Below are positions 11,521 to 25,565 of a DNA stretch of 64,000 nt, piece by piece. Below the pieces are notes generated by a model. That model ran no database searches. It had not been told where the DNA came from and saw nothing but the letters and a program-made list of their open reading frames with translations. Positions within the stretch are counted from its first letter, which is position 1; each line of letters starts with the position of its first letter. Position numbers and translations under genes: made by a program. Source of the stretch: Octopus sinensis (Eukaryota); NCBI RefSeq assembly GCF_006345805.1, contig NC_043013.1:54436001-54500000 (forward strand), read 5' to 3'.

Positions 11521-14500
11521 TATAGCTGGTTGCAGCTATATAGGCAACTAAAACAGTTAGTGAAAGCATGGTACTTGATACCAAGTCAGTCTTGGTTATG
11601 AGTGACTGCTATACACACACACACACACACACACAACAGCGTGAGGGTGGGCATATATTCATCACTGTGCCTCTCCATGATAAAAAAAATATCAAACACA
11701 CTGCATGGGAAGCCAGCCCACAGAAATATTGGCAGCCAAACTCTAAAACTGAGTCTCATGAGATACTTCATACATTAAACACAATTTAATTCAACAAAAA
11801 GAAAAAGAAAATCATTCATGTCTACATTTAATTGTTTCTTTCATTTTAATTACCTCGGTGACTCTTCCTTCCTTTTTATATTACACTCCATCTCATGCTT
11901 TTGTTTATCTTTGATTTGTACTTTTTTTGCACTTCTTGTTGTTGTCTATTTCATTTTTTTTTCAATTATCTTTGTTAGTTTCATCTCTCAGCCAAGGCAA
12001 CCAAAATTATATATTTCATCATACATACACACATTTACACCTACCCACATCCACACACGTGTGTGTGTTTGTGTGTGTGTGTGTGTGATTGTGTGTGTGT
12101 ATATATATATATATTATATATATATATATGTATGTATGCATGAGTGTGTGTATATGCATAGTGTGTGTGTGTGTGCATACATGAGCACATTTTGTTGATA
12201 AAGGTAGTTAAGCTCTATTTCAGTGTTTGATGGTAAACAATAACCAAAACATCAAAGTAATTTAGTCTAACCATGATAGAGAGTTTATCTGTATGAAATA
12301 CCCACCTCTGCCCTACATTTCTATTCATTGTTCCTTTGTTACTTACAACTCATCTTTTTACAACAACAACAAGCAAGTGCTAAAATAAATACAAAGGTGT
12401 CTATCTTTATCCACCTTCCCATCACATTTCCATCATCATTATCAATATCATTCAGTTTAGTTACAGAATTTACCACAATTATAACTAATATTTGTTTGTT
12501 TTTTTAAATCTTTTTTTTTTACTTTTTATTTGCCTGTTTATATTTTTAGTTTATTGATCAGTGTTCTGTTTAGAGAATGAATATCAATTCTATTCTTCTT
12601 ACTGACATGGTGTGCATTCTATATAGAAATGTATGTGTGTGAGTATATATGTATATGTATGTATTATAGTAAAAGTGATGGGTCCTCAGCTGAACTAGAA
12701 TCTCTACAGATTTCTACTAGGCATATTCTATATGCGTGTGTGCCAGCTTGTTGTTATTCATCAGAAGTGCAGATGATTTGGCAGAAGTGAGGCTACTATA
12801 ACAGTTGGAGTCATGAATTATACCATTTTTGTGTCTGCAATAAAATTTATGAAGCATATTAGTGACAAGTAGTTTGGCTGTTTTATGGTTATATGCAACT
12901 GCAATTTTTTTATGGATAGAAACGCTTTTGAGCACTATTAATGTTAGTATCTGGTTTGTATTTTGTCTTGTGTTACTCATGGTTTTTAATTATATGTGAA
13001 TCAATTCTATAGTTAGTATTAATTTGGTTCATGCAATACACTTCATGTGTGCTTTGTAGTGTCTGCTGGATTTGTTGCCTGATTGTTTTTGTATTGTTCA
13101 ATGGATTGCTCTGTTAATTAGTCAGACTCCCTGTTGTTAGTTAGGTTTTTATTTTATCCTATAGTTTTGTTTTTATCCGATTTTTCGTTTGCAGAGGGGA
13201 GTCTTAATGTTCTTCTAATTAAGGATTTTACCACTCACACTTTACCACTCACATACAAGCAATATGCATTTAAATGTGTTTGTTGTTTAAATGGATGTGA
13301 TGTATCTATTTATGTCTGTGGCATCAGAAATGGTCGTATGCTTAAGGTGTTTGCTTCTCGACCACAGAGTTTCATTCCACAACACCTTGAACAAGTGTCT
13401 TTCACTATTACCCTGAATCATCCAAAAATTTGAGAGTGAATTTGGTAGGTGGAAACCGAAAGAAGCCCTGCATGTGTGTGTGCATGCATATGTATGTATG
13501 TGGGTGTTGTGCATATGCATGTTCGCCTGTGTGTGTATGTGTGTTCTCCAGAAAGCTACAAGTAGTGGCAATGCAATCCTATTTTCCCTGTCTGAAATTG
13601 CCTTCTGGCTTTGCACCTTCAGGGGCCTGTGAAATAAGAGACCCCTTTCTTCATAAATAGGTGAGGCTTAGTGATAGGAAGTGCAGCATCTGTTTAAGCC
13701 ATGCTAGCATGGAAGGAGCTGAAGGAACAGAAAATCACTAAAGAGTTATATAACAAGGTCAAAGAATATGCACTGAAGGTAGTTCAAGAAATGGTTATGG
13801 AATGACATTTTAGAGATCTTGGAAGATTCTAATGAAGGAGAGAGCATCTTCACCTCAGACACAAATCACTGGTAGAACTAACAGAAACCCTATTAAATAA
13901 TATATAGAAACCACACCCATGACAAAATTCATTCCTGATACCATACCGAAGGAGAAAAGTTGAAGAAGCCATGTGTCTTCTCTTAGAGTCAGTGTGAGGA
14001 ACATTGTGTATGGCTACACTGCTGGTATGAAGATGTAAACCTATGATACAGAATAAGTGGTGCCAAGACCTCAAAATATGGTATACACCAGCTGAGTGGA
14101 TGATGCACTTGTTGAACTGGAGACCATACAAGAGGGACATCAACAAATGAAATGATGACCTAGAAAACAATACTGTACTGAGATACTTGATGTATAAAGC
14201 TGAAGAAATAAAACTAGAAGCATGTGACATCACCATTTCTAGAGAGAAACATTCAAACAGGAAATAAAACACATAACACATCTGCTTACATCAAAGATAC
14301 AACAAAGTGTGTATATTGACACAGAAACAAAAAAACTGTACAGAACTCATGTAAAATGTGGGATAAAAAAACAAATCCATTGATTAAAAAATATATATAT
14401 ATATAAAGTGCTAATAATTGTGCTTTCAACACATCTGAAAGAAAAACTGTTACACACATACATACAGAGTTCATTTCAGTTGAATACTCATCTCACAACC

Positions 14501-15711
14501 CACAAGATCATGTTATATATTGAAATATTAGATGCACAGGCCTGTCTGCATCATTGTATATTTATATGTGCAAGCATGTCTGCTTTAATGTGTGCATATT
14601 TATAAAGAACGGTTTAATTTGATTAATTCAATTAGTGAACATCATGAAATTGAAGAAATTACATGTGGAGATTGCTTTTGGACTGGAATGGTTTCGCAGA
14701 ATAAATTATACAATTGTGTCAATGAAAGAAAACTAGAGATGTTTGTCGTTTTTATAAGTTTTTTCTAAGACCAAATTTAAACAGAAAGTAGGTTAAAAAT
14801 ATATACAAGCATGTCTCTATGGTTAAGAAGTTTGCTTCTAAACCACATGGTTCCATGTGCAGTATCTTGGGCCAACATCTTCTGTTCTATCCATAAGTTG
14901 ACCAAAACTTAGCAAGTGAATTTGGCTGACAGAAACTGTAGCAATCCCATTATACAAATCTGTATGTCTATGATTGTGTATGCACATATGTGCTTCTCCA
15001 AAAATGTCTGAGCTACAAGTGGTGATAGAAATATCATTTCTTGTTGGCAACAAATTGTCTGCTAATTTTTCACCTCCAAAAGCATATCGAGTAAGAGATC
15101 TCTCCCATGCTAAGATGGTAAGGGTTAGCAACAAGAAGAGCATCTGGCAGTACATCAAGAAGTTAGCAACAAGAAGTACAACAATGCCTCAATATGTTAA
15201 TCTTAACAATGTTAGAAGCAGAAAAACTAATGAATGAATGGAATAGATTTCTTTTAACTTACAACATAGGACTAATTGCTCTGGGAGTCTGTGTATTTCA
15301 TTGAATTGAACCAAATATATAACACTGATTCCCTGAGAATGAAATATCAAGACCAATTTAACCCCAGTAGGATGGATGCTAGAAGAGAATCAAATACTCT
15401 TTTTCAAGTTTAATTCTTTCCTGTTTTAACCATTTGCAAAGATGGATTACTATGAATTGACCCATTGTTCTGAGGTTGAGAGGAAATGAAAATAGATTGA
15501 GATAAGAAGGCAGAATCTCCAAAAGTCATGTTTGCTTATAATTAAATTTTAAAAAGAATTGAATTATGTAATTGACACAATTTTTCTCAATTACTTCTTA
15601 CATGTAAGTTGAATATTTGAAATTGTTATAACCGAAAACTAAGACAAGAGCCTTGAAAATTCACACCAATTTTAAACATATGATTAGTTAATATTACAAG
15701 TACAGTATTAA

Positions 15712-15875
15712 ATGAGTTAATATCTATTTCTTTATTGCCCACAGGGGACTAAACATAGAGGGGACGAACAAGAACAGACAAAGGGGTTAAGTTGATTACA
15801 TTGACCTTAGTGTGTAACTGGTCCTTATTTAATGGACCCCAAAAGGATGAAAAGCAAAGTAGATGAGTTAATATC
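15712..15875 (-). mobile_element. 5'-truncated SINE family A with 13-bp target-site duplication
   Basis: ATGAGTTAATATC at 15712-15724 and 15863-15875 flanks the SINE 3' part. Confidence 0.85.
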
Positions 15876-15944
15876 ATAAGAGCAGTAAATAAGTTCATAT
15901 AATTCTGAGAAAACTGGTTGTTGTAAATAAACTTTCAACAATGA

Positions 15945-16165
15945 ATATTGGTTCCAAATTTTGGCACAAGGCCAGCAATTTTAAGGGACGGGGTTAATCA
16001 ATTACATCAACCTCAGTAATCAGCTGGTACTTATTTTATCATTCTGGGAAGGATGAGATGCAACGTAGACTTTTGTGGAATTTGGTCTCAGAATGTGAAG
16101 ATGGACAAAATGCTGCCAAGCATTCTGCTCAGTGTGCAAACAATTCTGCCAGCTCATTGCCCTTT
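15945..16165 (-). mobile_element. SINE family A short-tail variant
   Basis: GGTTCCAAATTTTGGCACAAGGCCAGC...GGTACTTATTT...TCTGCCAGCTC. Confidence 0.75.
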
Positions 16166-19100
16166 TGGTGAGGAATGGCGATTCCTTAATTTAATCTAAA
16201 CATCTTGCTATATTTCAGTTCTTGAAATATATCAGCAGACTTGTCATTCTTAGGTTGAATATCTAGGCGGTTGTACTTGCCAAATAGCTTAGACCCATTA
16301 ATATAAAATACTTGCAATTCTCTCAACTAATTTTAATAAAAGAGGTTCAGTAGAGGAGAGCTGAAATTTTATTTCATGCCTTTGTTTATCCTATGTGTGT
16401 TGGGAGGTGTCCCAATAATTATGCAGAATCAATGAATTCATGATTTTGTACATAAAATCTTGAAAAATCAAGAAGAAAAAAAGTCTTTCAAAGTTAAAAG
16501 ATAATCAGCAATGTCGTTAATTGAACTACGAATTCTTGTTCTGAATATTCTTCAGTTTTGGATTTTATATTTTTAAGAAAATTTATTTCTAAGATAAAAT
16601 ACTTGGATATAAAAAGGTAACGCTTTGTGACCACAGGAGTCAGAAAAATGATAATTGCTGCTTTAAAATAGCATAACAACAGCATTGGGAACAGCCTGAA
16701 GAATTTCAGTTTTGGAATTGATTTCTTGTAAATGAATAAAATATTCTGAGTATGAAAAGTTTATGAGCTTTGAAGAATAAATGATTATATCTAGGGAAAA
16801 AAAAAGATGGTTTGGAAGTGTTTCCTGTTGAAGTGTCTTTGAGATATCTTAACATTTCATGTTTTAGCAACGTAATGTTTGCTTGAAATCTGTGATGCTG
16901 TTTTAATGAGATCACCTGCTCCAAGATTTTATAGATATTGTCTATTCTAATGTCTTTGTGGCACCATTTGCAACAATGTAGGAATGATATTTTTACTTGA
17001 AATATTTTCAAAGTCGTAGTTGCTCCATATACTTCATTGAAAAATCCTTTTTAATTATTTCACTTTTAAATATATTCTATGAGCAGAAATATTCATTCTA
17101 ATCAACACTTAATCTAATATATATTTAGCAAATATTACATATTAACAATAAGCAAAGAGATTGATGTTTAAAAAAATAATAATAATAAACTTCATATCTA
17201 AACATAGATATTTGAAATACAAATTGAAATTCTAAAATCTACAGTTGATCTGATTCAGTTTCCTCCTGTAAAGAAATATCAAGTTATATTATTCAATATA
17301 ACTTGCCAACTTATTCAATAATTAGCACAATTAAATTAACTCCGACAATAAAATAAAAACCTTCTTAGATTTCTCTCTTTAATTCTCATCTTCCAAATTC
17401 CATTACATACAGCTGTTTCCGATATTGGTTTCAATTCCATAATTGACTTCGTAGTTAAATTAGCTGAGATTTGAATAGATAATTTCAGAATAAAACTTGA
17501 AGTGTTCTTAATTTCTTTTGTTTGAAACAATTCAACATTTATGATGGCTAATAGTAATTTAAAGCTTAACTTAAAGGCAAGAGATCTTAGCTCCACATGA
17601 ATAGGAATGGTGTTGCAACACTAAAGAACACCAGAAGAAGCAGAACTGAAGTTTTCATTTACGAAGACATTAGAATCAAGTTCTATCTTTCTTAGGCTAA
17701 AGTTGTCTACATAATAATGGCTGTGATTTAAAGCAGTAAAATTTGCCACACTAGGTTAGGTGTTCAAATCTTATCAAGATCCAATGATTTTTCACTTCCT
17801 TCAGAATCATTAAAAAACAAATGAAATACCAGTTTTAGCAATTTAATGGTTTAATCCTCTCCCCACTTGTAATTTCTAATATTTCTCCAATATATAATAA
17901 ATTCAATATTAATATAAAGATAAATATTGTATTTGAGAAGAGTAAACACAACTAATTTCAGAAAAGAATTTCCAATTTCCAATTGAGGGAAGATGTTGCT
18001 TTTAATGTTTGAAACAAAAAGATGAAGATGGGAAATGCAAAGTTTGGTTAAATTGATGCTAAAAATAATAAGGAGCACATAGAAGCAGATAATATTCCAT
18101 GGAGTAGTACACCTTGGAATAGAGAGACAGGTAAAATAGATCCCTAGAGAAAATAGATGTAGTTTAGCCAGACATTGTTAAAGGGACAATTCTATCCAAG
18201 TTGTCCATGTTGTAGATGTTTTGGTGTTTGTGGTAGAAGAAGAAGATGAAATGAGGATAGATTTAGAAATAAAGATTATTAAGGTATAAGTGGTATATAA
18301 CCATATTGTATAATTAGGCAATAATTATACTCAGAAGGGTGTGTAGAAATTTAAGAATAAAGGTGATAGAATAACGAAGAGGGGGGAACTAACTGATGAT
18401 GATGGATGACTGAAATATACAGAATGAAAAGCCAGAAAATAAGCTTCCATGGATTTATGGTACTTTGTTCCTAAAAGTACAAATCTAATGTGAAATTTCT
18501 GTACTCTGTAGCATGATAGAGTACAGACAGCTGAACTGAAAAGTAAGAATAACTTGGATTTATGTTTCTCTGTGAAATAAAGCTGCTATTTCCTTCACTG
18601 TCACATCTTGTTCAAAATTCTACCAGTAAGTGAGTTGGGTAATCGAAAAGCTAAACTAATTTTCCCCTCAAAATATATACTAAATACATAGAAGCTTGGT
18701 AGAGGAAGCAAGAGAAATAAGACTCAGTATTTGAGTATTTATATTCTTTAAATTTTCAAATGTGACTCAAGAACAAACAGCTTCATGCAAATTTGATAAG
18801 TTCTCTGCACGAAACTCTCAGCCCTTGAGTCACTTTGTAACTTCTGCTGATTAAAAATAGTAAAATATTAAATATGCATACCTGTGTGCTGCATCTGTAA
18901 TGTTGGAAATAAAGATTTAAATGTAGATAATGGTATGAAATATGTCAACCACATCCATAGATTTAGACTCCGAATGAAGAAGGCAAATTCTCCTCTTAAG
19001 TGCCAACTTATCGTTATCTAATTGAGAAATGTCTTCACAAGTATTGACAGCAGTGCTACATGGTATATAATGGATCACTTGGACTTTCCATCTTAAAAGG

Positions 19101-19289
19101 TCGGCTTTCTGCATGGACAATGGGAAATGTTCAATAAAGTGTGAACGCTTAACGCAGTTTACTGCGAACACGAATCTACAGAACTACAAACCAATTTAAT
19201 CTGCTTTATTTAAAGTCTCAGAGGACTGAATAATGATATACATAGAAATTAATAATGGATTAAAATAGAGTGATGTCACCAAGCTATGG

Positions 19290-19760
19290 GATCTGGAAAT
19301 CGTTGACAGTCATTTTATTTGCCAACACACAGGCTGACATGCAATGCACACTTTGTTATCTGATAATTGGTTTCTGAAAATTGGTTTCAAGATCAAAATA
19401 ACGACAAACTACACAGAATTTGAAAGTTCTGTGATGCTATAAGAACATTTGCCAAATGTAGTCGACACCCTTCATTGTCTTAACGTTGCTGTCTCTCACG
19501 ATTCCAGAGTGATGGATGAAATTCACAATAAAACTGGCAGAGTGACAGTACAAATGGCAAACTTCAAATATGCTTTACACATCATTTTGATGTAGAATAT
19601 TTTCAACACTCTTCATGCCTTCACCATTATATACACAACTGCAATATGACTTTCTAAACAAAACAACAAGAAAATGACACATCAACTTCAAACTATTGGA
19701 ACCTGGTCAAAACAATTTCTATTAACAATAACAAATACACACCTGACAAGAATGTGAGAA
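19290..19760 (+). mobile_element. Highly decayed LINE reverse-transcriptase fragment (RTE-like)
   Basis: Translated pieces ANTQADMQCTL, KIGFKIK and VDTLHCLNVAVSHDSRVMDEIHNKTGRV (from 19461) echo the RTE RT pattern A.S..DLQ, GLKIN..KT, V..F.YLGS.IS.D....EI..RI.KA. Confidence 0.55.
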
Positions 19761-21483
19761 GATAAGAAAGTGGTACAGTTGAAGGAGTAGTAAAGAGGCT
19801 GAGACGTTATAGATGCAGATTTCTTTGTGCAATACAGAAATTTGCTTCACAGGCATAGGGTCCCAGGTTTGACTTCTCTACCTGGCACCTTGAACATGTC
19901 TCTTCTATCATAGCTTTGGTTAACCAATGTACATACGACAGGCTTCTATGCAGTTTCTATTTGCCAACTTCGTTCACAAGGCATTGGTTGGCTTTGAGCT
20001 TATCCAGGGTGGAGAATAGTGGAACCAAACCTGAAAGTTTGTAGTGGTGAAAGAAACAGCCTAACCACACAACCCTGCTTGGCCCCATTACAAGTAAAGG
20101 TCTGAGATTGAATCAAAGTCCAATAATCAAAGATAAAATATACTGTGTATTCAACGTAGATCTACAGTGAACAGATATCGTTAATTTCAACCAGCAATGG
20201 CTAAAAGCTAATAAGGCAGGCAAGGATCACTAAATGGAAGGAAATAAGTTCCAAGTTTTATAAAAATAAACTTGGGAAAAGAATAAACAGCACAAAAATT
20301 GAAATAATGTTTTTAAGTGCCTCAGACAATCTCAGAAAACTCCAATCCATTAGACTAAAAGAAGTGTGTTTTTAAGCATCTTCTCTCAGGACACGGAAAT
20401 TGTTCGAAATTATCCTTCAAGAACAATATTTATTTATTGTCCAATAAATATGTTTTCATCTGATTACTTAACCACGAGCTCAACTACTAACAGCTATGTG
20501 AGTGAGTGTGTGTCTCTCACTTTCTCTCTCTACATATTTATACACACACTACATGATCTAGCATACATAGAAAGATGATGCTTAGTTAGCCTCCTTTTAA
20601 TATACATATAAATATATATATATATATATATAATATATATACATACATATGCAGAGAGAGAGAGAGAGCATGAGAAACCCAGACATATGTAAATACACCT
20701 ATAGATATAAATCTACGTATAGAGTCTTCCCCTATCTATATACATATAAAAACCTCATTCTTGTATAGGATATTTCTCATGTCTCTCACTGGTGAAAAAG
20801 AAGAAAGATAAACTAGTTTATAGCTAAGTAGTCTTAAGTACAGTAACAACAAATACAATCGCATCAAACAACAGACACTCAACACAAATATTATGTTACT
20901 GTCGTAACTCGTACTAGTATCGTTTTATATACAAAAACCACATCTTTTTAATAACCATTACCCGCTGTTGTTGTTGAAGCCTCGGATCAGTGTTGGCTGG
21001 ATAATCCTATAATGAAAGATATTCTAGTCACAACCATCTCAGTTCTTCCTGAGACTCTGTACAGCCAGGACAACATTAATCAAAGAAAGGAGAGAGTTGA
21101 TGCTGATGCTATTAATTGGATAGACTCTAGGGTTTTCTTCATTGGTGTATGGTCAACTGAGGTAGCTTCCTGAAAGTACAGTTTCTATTTCATCCTGGTG
21201 ACCCGCCAGGAACCAAAGTTGGAAATTTGAATGGAATAATATGGAATGTAACAGGAATAATATGATTTGCAGTTCTTGTGTACTTTCTTCCTAGAAACAA
21301 ATGTTGTAGAGGCCATAATAGAAAAGAAAATTCTTAATTAACAAAGACGTGATGAACTGATTAACTCTGGGATCTACTGTCTTACACTGTAATTTACATA
21401 ATAATTCAATATTCTTTTCTACTCTAGACACAAGGCCCGAAATTTTGGGGGAGAGGGCCAGTCGACTAGAATGAACCCAGTAC

Positions 21484-21540
21484 ACAATGTTAAAAGTTAT
21501 GGCTGGTCACCCTATGACCAGCCATAACTTTTAACATTGT
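21484..21540. repeat. Perfect inverted repeat, 26-bp arms with 5-nt spacer
   Basis: ACAATGTTAAAAGTTATGGCTGGTCA-CCCTA-TGACCAGCCATAACTTTTAACATTGT. Confidence 0.95.
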
Positions 21541-21694
21541 AAAATGTGCATTAATGCTCTAATGCTTAAGAATGTGCATCCTTTTCAGATATACCAACTA
21601 CTAATGATATGCATACATACATATATATGTATATATATATATTTATATATACATACATATATATATATGTATATATATATATATTTATATATAC

Positions 21695-21727
<33 letters not shown>

Positions 21728-22161
21728 TATATATACATACATATATATATATATATATATATGCATGTATATATGTGTGTAGTGAGTCTTGACATCATGT
21801 GATAGTTGTAACTGAATGTCACTGTTATATAATGTCATTCATTTGCAGTCTTCTGTGAAAGTATGTCCTGCCACTGTGCTGTTTGTATTTGAAGGACTAG
21901 AGGTAATATTTACCTTGCTTGGCAATGGGTGTGGTCTTGTGACAAGAGAGGCATGCAGCCATAGAAAATTTCCTTGAATGAATCTTGTCTGACCCATGCA
22001 AGCAAGGAAAAGTAGATGTTAGAATGATGACAATGACAATGAGGAGGAGGAATTCTTATGCCTATTTCTCTCTGTTTTTCTTTTTTTCTCCTTGGTCTAT
22101 TCCAACTCTTTCTAACCAAAATACACCCTACATGTTTCAATAAAATTTTAAACTAAGGTAA

Positions 22162-22373
22162 CCCTTTTGATACTAACCCGGCTCTGGCTCTGTAGTATAG
22201 TCTTGTTTTCATAAGTTTTTCATTAAAATATACCACCAAACCTTAGTCACAATTTATGATCCTAACAGTAGCTGAATGATAAGTAAGTTATTTTACTAAA
22301 TTCTTTGTTATATTTACAATTAATTGAAAGAAACCTGACAGAGCATCTCAAAATGAATACGGTAACGAAAGGG
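22162..22373. mobile_element. piggyBac-like MITE
   Basis: Ends CCCTTTTGATAC / GTAACGAAAGGG (10 of 12 inverted match), flanked by GTAA and TTAA (TTAA target, one side mutated). A related left end occurs at about 52988. Confidence 0.5.
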
Positions 22374-22715
22374 TTAATCCTCATCCTCTCTTTCTCAAAT
22401 CTCAATCTGTTTTCTTCTTTCTCCTTCATTGTAGAATGAAGAAATCTTTCTTTTCCAAACTTCGTTTTCCATGCATTTACATTTAGAGCCAGGATGCACA
22501 CAAATTTAGAATTTATATTATTCAGTCAACAACACTTATTGCAAATTTTTGCTTTTATTATTAAATGTCTTTTTCACTTTATTTTATCTTTTTACCCAAC
22601 TAGCAAAGCTGATATGTTAACTCAACTGCAATAATGAATACTTTATATAGTATTTTCTTATGAGTGCATCATTACATACCTGATGCATGTGTGTGTGTGT
22701 GTATACAAGTATGTA

Positions 22716-22807
<92 letters not shown>

Positions 22808-23374
22808 CATGCTGCAAACAAGAAGTTGTATTAAGTTACTTGATTGCACATGTCCCAAGGGATCGGAAGCATTCAAGGAAAATAAATTTGAATAACTTAT
22901 ATATGATAACCTTTCCCTACACTTTAAAAATATATTTGTTACAGTTGAAATTAAAAAAGAAAAAAGAAGAGAAAAAAAATCTTATTTTTATTTTTCAATT
23001 ATGTTTCTTCTCTTCAGAATCTTTGTGATGCCTTAATGAGCGACACCACTGCCAGCTCCGTTTCTTTTGATTTTTATCTGATTCTTTGTGAATCTTATTG
23101 CACATCATCACATACATCATTTCAACATGGGCCTAGCTTTCATCTTGATGTATTCTTTACTGAAGTTTTATGAATAAAATAAGAACGACAAAAACAGGAT
23201 AGAGTGATACTTTTGCTACCATCACAGCCATGTTTTTCTTATCATGGTAAAAGATGATAGAAGCATCTCATGTCTTATTCCAGGAAATACAAAACAGATG
23301 CACTCTGTTTGGTTATGTTTTTTTCTCCTCACATTGACTGGCACTAAACTTAACCATATCCTAATAAAGGCATT

Positions 23375-23580
23375 GAGCTGGCAGAATCGTTAGCATGCTG
23401 GACAAAGTGCTTAGCAGCATTTCGTCCATGCTAACATTCTGAGTTCATATTCTGCCAAGGTAGACTTTGCCTTTCATCCTTTCACAGTTTATGAAATAAG
23501 AACCAGTTAAGCACTGGGGTTGATGTCATGGACTTACCTCACCACTAAAATTGTTAGCTTTGGACCAAAATTTGTGACAG
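23375..23580 (+). mobile_element. SINE family A short-tail variant
   Basis: GAGCTGGCAGAATCGTTAGC head, GAGTTCATATTC B-box-like motif, GCCTTTCATCC core, (ATT)n tail. Confidence 0.8.
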
Positions 23581-25327
23581 ATATTATTACTATTATTATT
23601 ATCATCATCATAAGAACAAACATATTACAAGGTAGCAGAAAGAGTAGTGTTTAAATACATGTTTAAATACATGAATAATTGCTTGTATGCACCATAAAGA
23701 TTAATTAAAGTTACCATCATCAAATATTCACAAAGCTGTCATTGAGTGTAATTCAAGATGCTTCCCCAAAAAAAAAATGAAAAGAAAAAAGAAGCTATTT
23801 TGGTATTGGCTAAGGAATTTTACATTTATGGAATTCCTCTCTGAATAATGTTTCTAAATCTATAGCACATCTTGGAATATAATTGATGTATTGACCAATG
23901 TTGGCAAATTACATTGCTAATCTTACTAATGCTATAATCACTGAGATTAAATCTAGAAGAAGCATATACAAGACGTATGAGAAACAAATGTTTATTTGTA
24001 TAGCTGTAGGTGTGGCTTTGTAGTTAAAAGGTTTGCTTCGAAAGCACTTGGTTGCAGGTTCAGTCTCAATGAGCAGCTCCTTGGACAAGTATCTCCTACA
24101 ATAAGCACAGAAACTGCAAGAAGCCCATTGTGTGTGTGTGTGTATGTGTGTGTGAATGGATGTTGATATTCCGTGCTTGTTACTTGTTTGAGTGTAATGG
24201 TGATGATATTTTGACATTATTTGTTGATATTGTGACCAATTGGTCCGAGCTTGTGAAGACAAGTGGAATAAACATAAAACAACTTCTTATTTGAAAAACA
24301 AGTAAAGGTTGGTGACGGGAAGAGCACTCAGCTGTAAAATCTTGCTTCAAATAACTTTTTGTTCTGACCCAAAGGAATACAGTCATCAGACAAATGAAAT
24401 ATTCAAAACAACAGAAAATATTGTATGTTTTTGATCCATCATTTTCTTATGTTTTGTTAGATTAAGAAAATCTAGGTTATAGTGTTTCTATGTTCTTTTA
24501 CTAAAACAGGTTTACAGTTTTCTTTTAAGCTTTTGTCAATAAAGATTGACCTTATGGCTGCATCTGGAAATTTTTGTTCTCTTTGGAAAGCTGCACTCCA
24601 AAGTACAGGCCTGGGAAAAGTTTGTTACAGAATCCCACCTGTTGCCCATGCATGCAAGCCTGTCTTCATGCCAGTGATGTTTCCCAAGGGGAAGGTGCCA
24701 TTGATGACACAGGTCTTAACTTCAGAATGTTGAAGGTAGAACAGATACTGTTAGGGTCTTTGTCTGATGCTCTGCCAATTATGCTAATTATGCTGATTCA
24801 CTTGCCCTGGATTCGACTTTATTTTTATCTCAAAGAATGAAAAGCAAAGTCAGCCTCAGTGGGATTTGAACGCAGAGAACAACACAACAAGGCATTCTTT
24901 CTAACTCCATAATAACTATGAGTTTGATGCTTTTAATACTAATTAATTAAAGGTGAATTAATATTAATTAATTAAAGGTGTTTTACAGTTCTTCATGAAA
25001 CTTATTCTGTTGAATTCAATATTCCCAAAAAATCCAGTACTTAATAAAACGTTAAAGAATTTACCATTAATGGAATTACTTAAAATACGATTGTCATCAC
25101 AGTCTTCTAGCAGGAATTAAAAGTAATATTGGTTTTAAATTTTAGCAAGTTCAGGAAAATGGAGTAAGTCAATTACATCGACACCAGTACACAACTGGTA
25201 TTTATTTTACCAACTCTGAAAAGAAGAAAGGCAAAGTGGACCTGGGCAGAATTTGAACTCTGAACTTAAAGAAATACATTTTGCCCAGCATACAACAATT
25301 TTGCCAACTTGCCACCTTTGAAATAAT

Positions 25328-25565
25328 GGTAATTTTGATGGTGGTGAGCTGGCAGAAGCATTAGCATGCCGCGCGAAATGCCGTTACGTTGTGAGTTCAA
25401 ATTCCGCTGAAGTCGACTTTGCCTTTCATCCTTTCAGGGTCGATATATTAAGTACCAGTTATGCACTGGGGTCGATGTAATCGACTTAATACCTATGTCT
25501 ATCCTTGTTTGTCCCCTCTATGTTTAGCCCCTTGTAGGTAGTAAAGAAATAGGTAATTTTGATGG
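25328..25565 (+). mobile_element. SINE family A long-tail variant with 14-bp target-site duplication
   Basis: GGTAATTTTGATGG at 25328-25341 and 25552-25565; head GGTGAGCTGGCAG, B box GAGTTCAAATTCC. Confidence 0.9.

Noticed and set aside
13850-14200. Possible LINE RT remnants here and at about 31790-31980 and 32480-32640
   Set aside because: Only faint motif echoes; too decayed to call without a profile search.
16440-18400. Several 60-100 aa minus-strand ORFs and a signal-peptide-like MKTSVLLLLVFFSVATPFLFMWS near 17600-17660, considered as a decayed single-exon gene
   Set aside because: Frames do not join and no motif is recognisable; a translated homology search would be needed.
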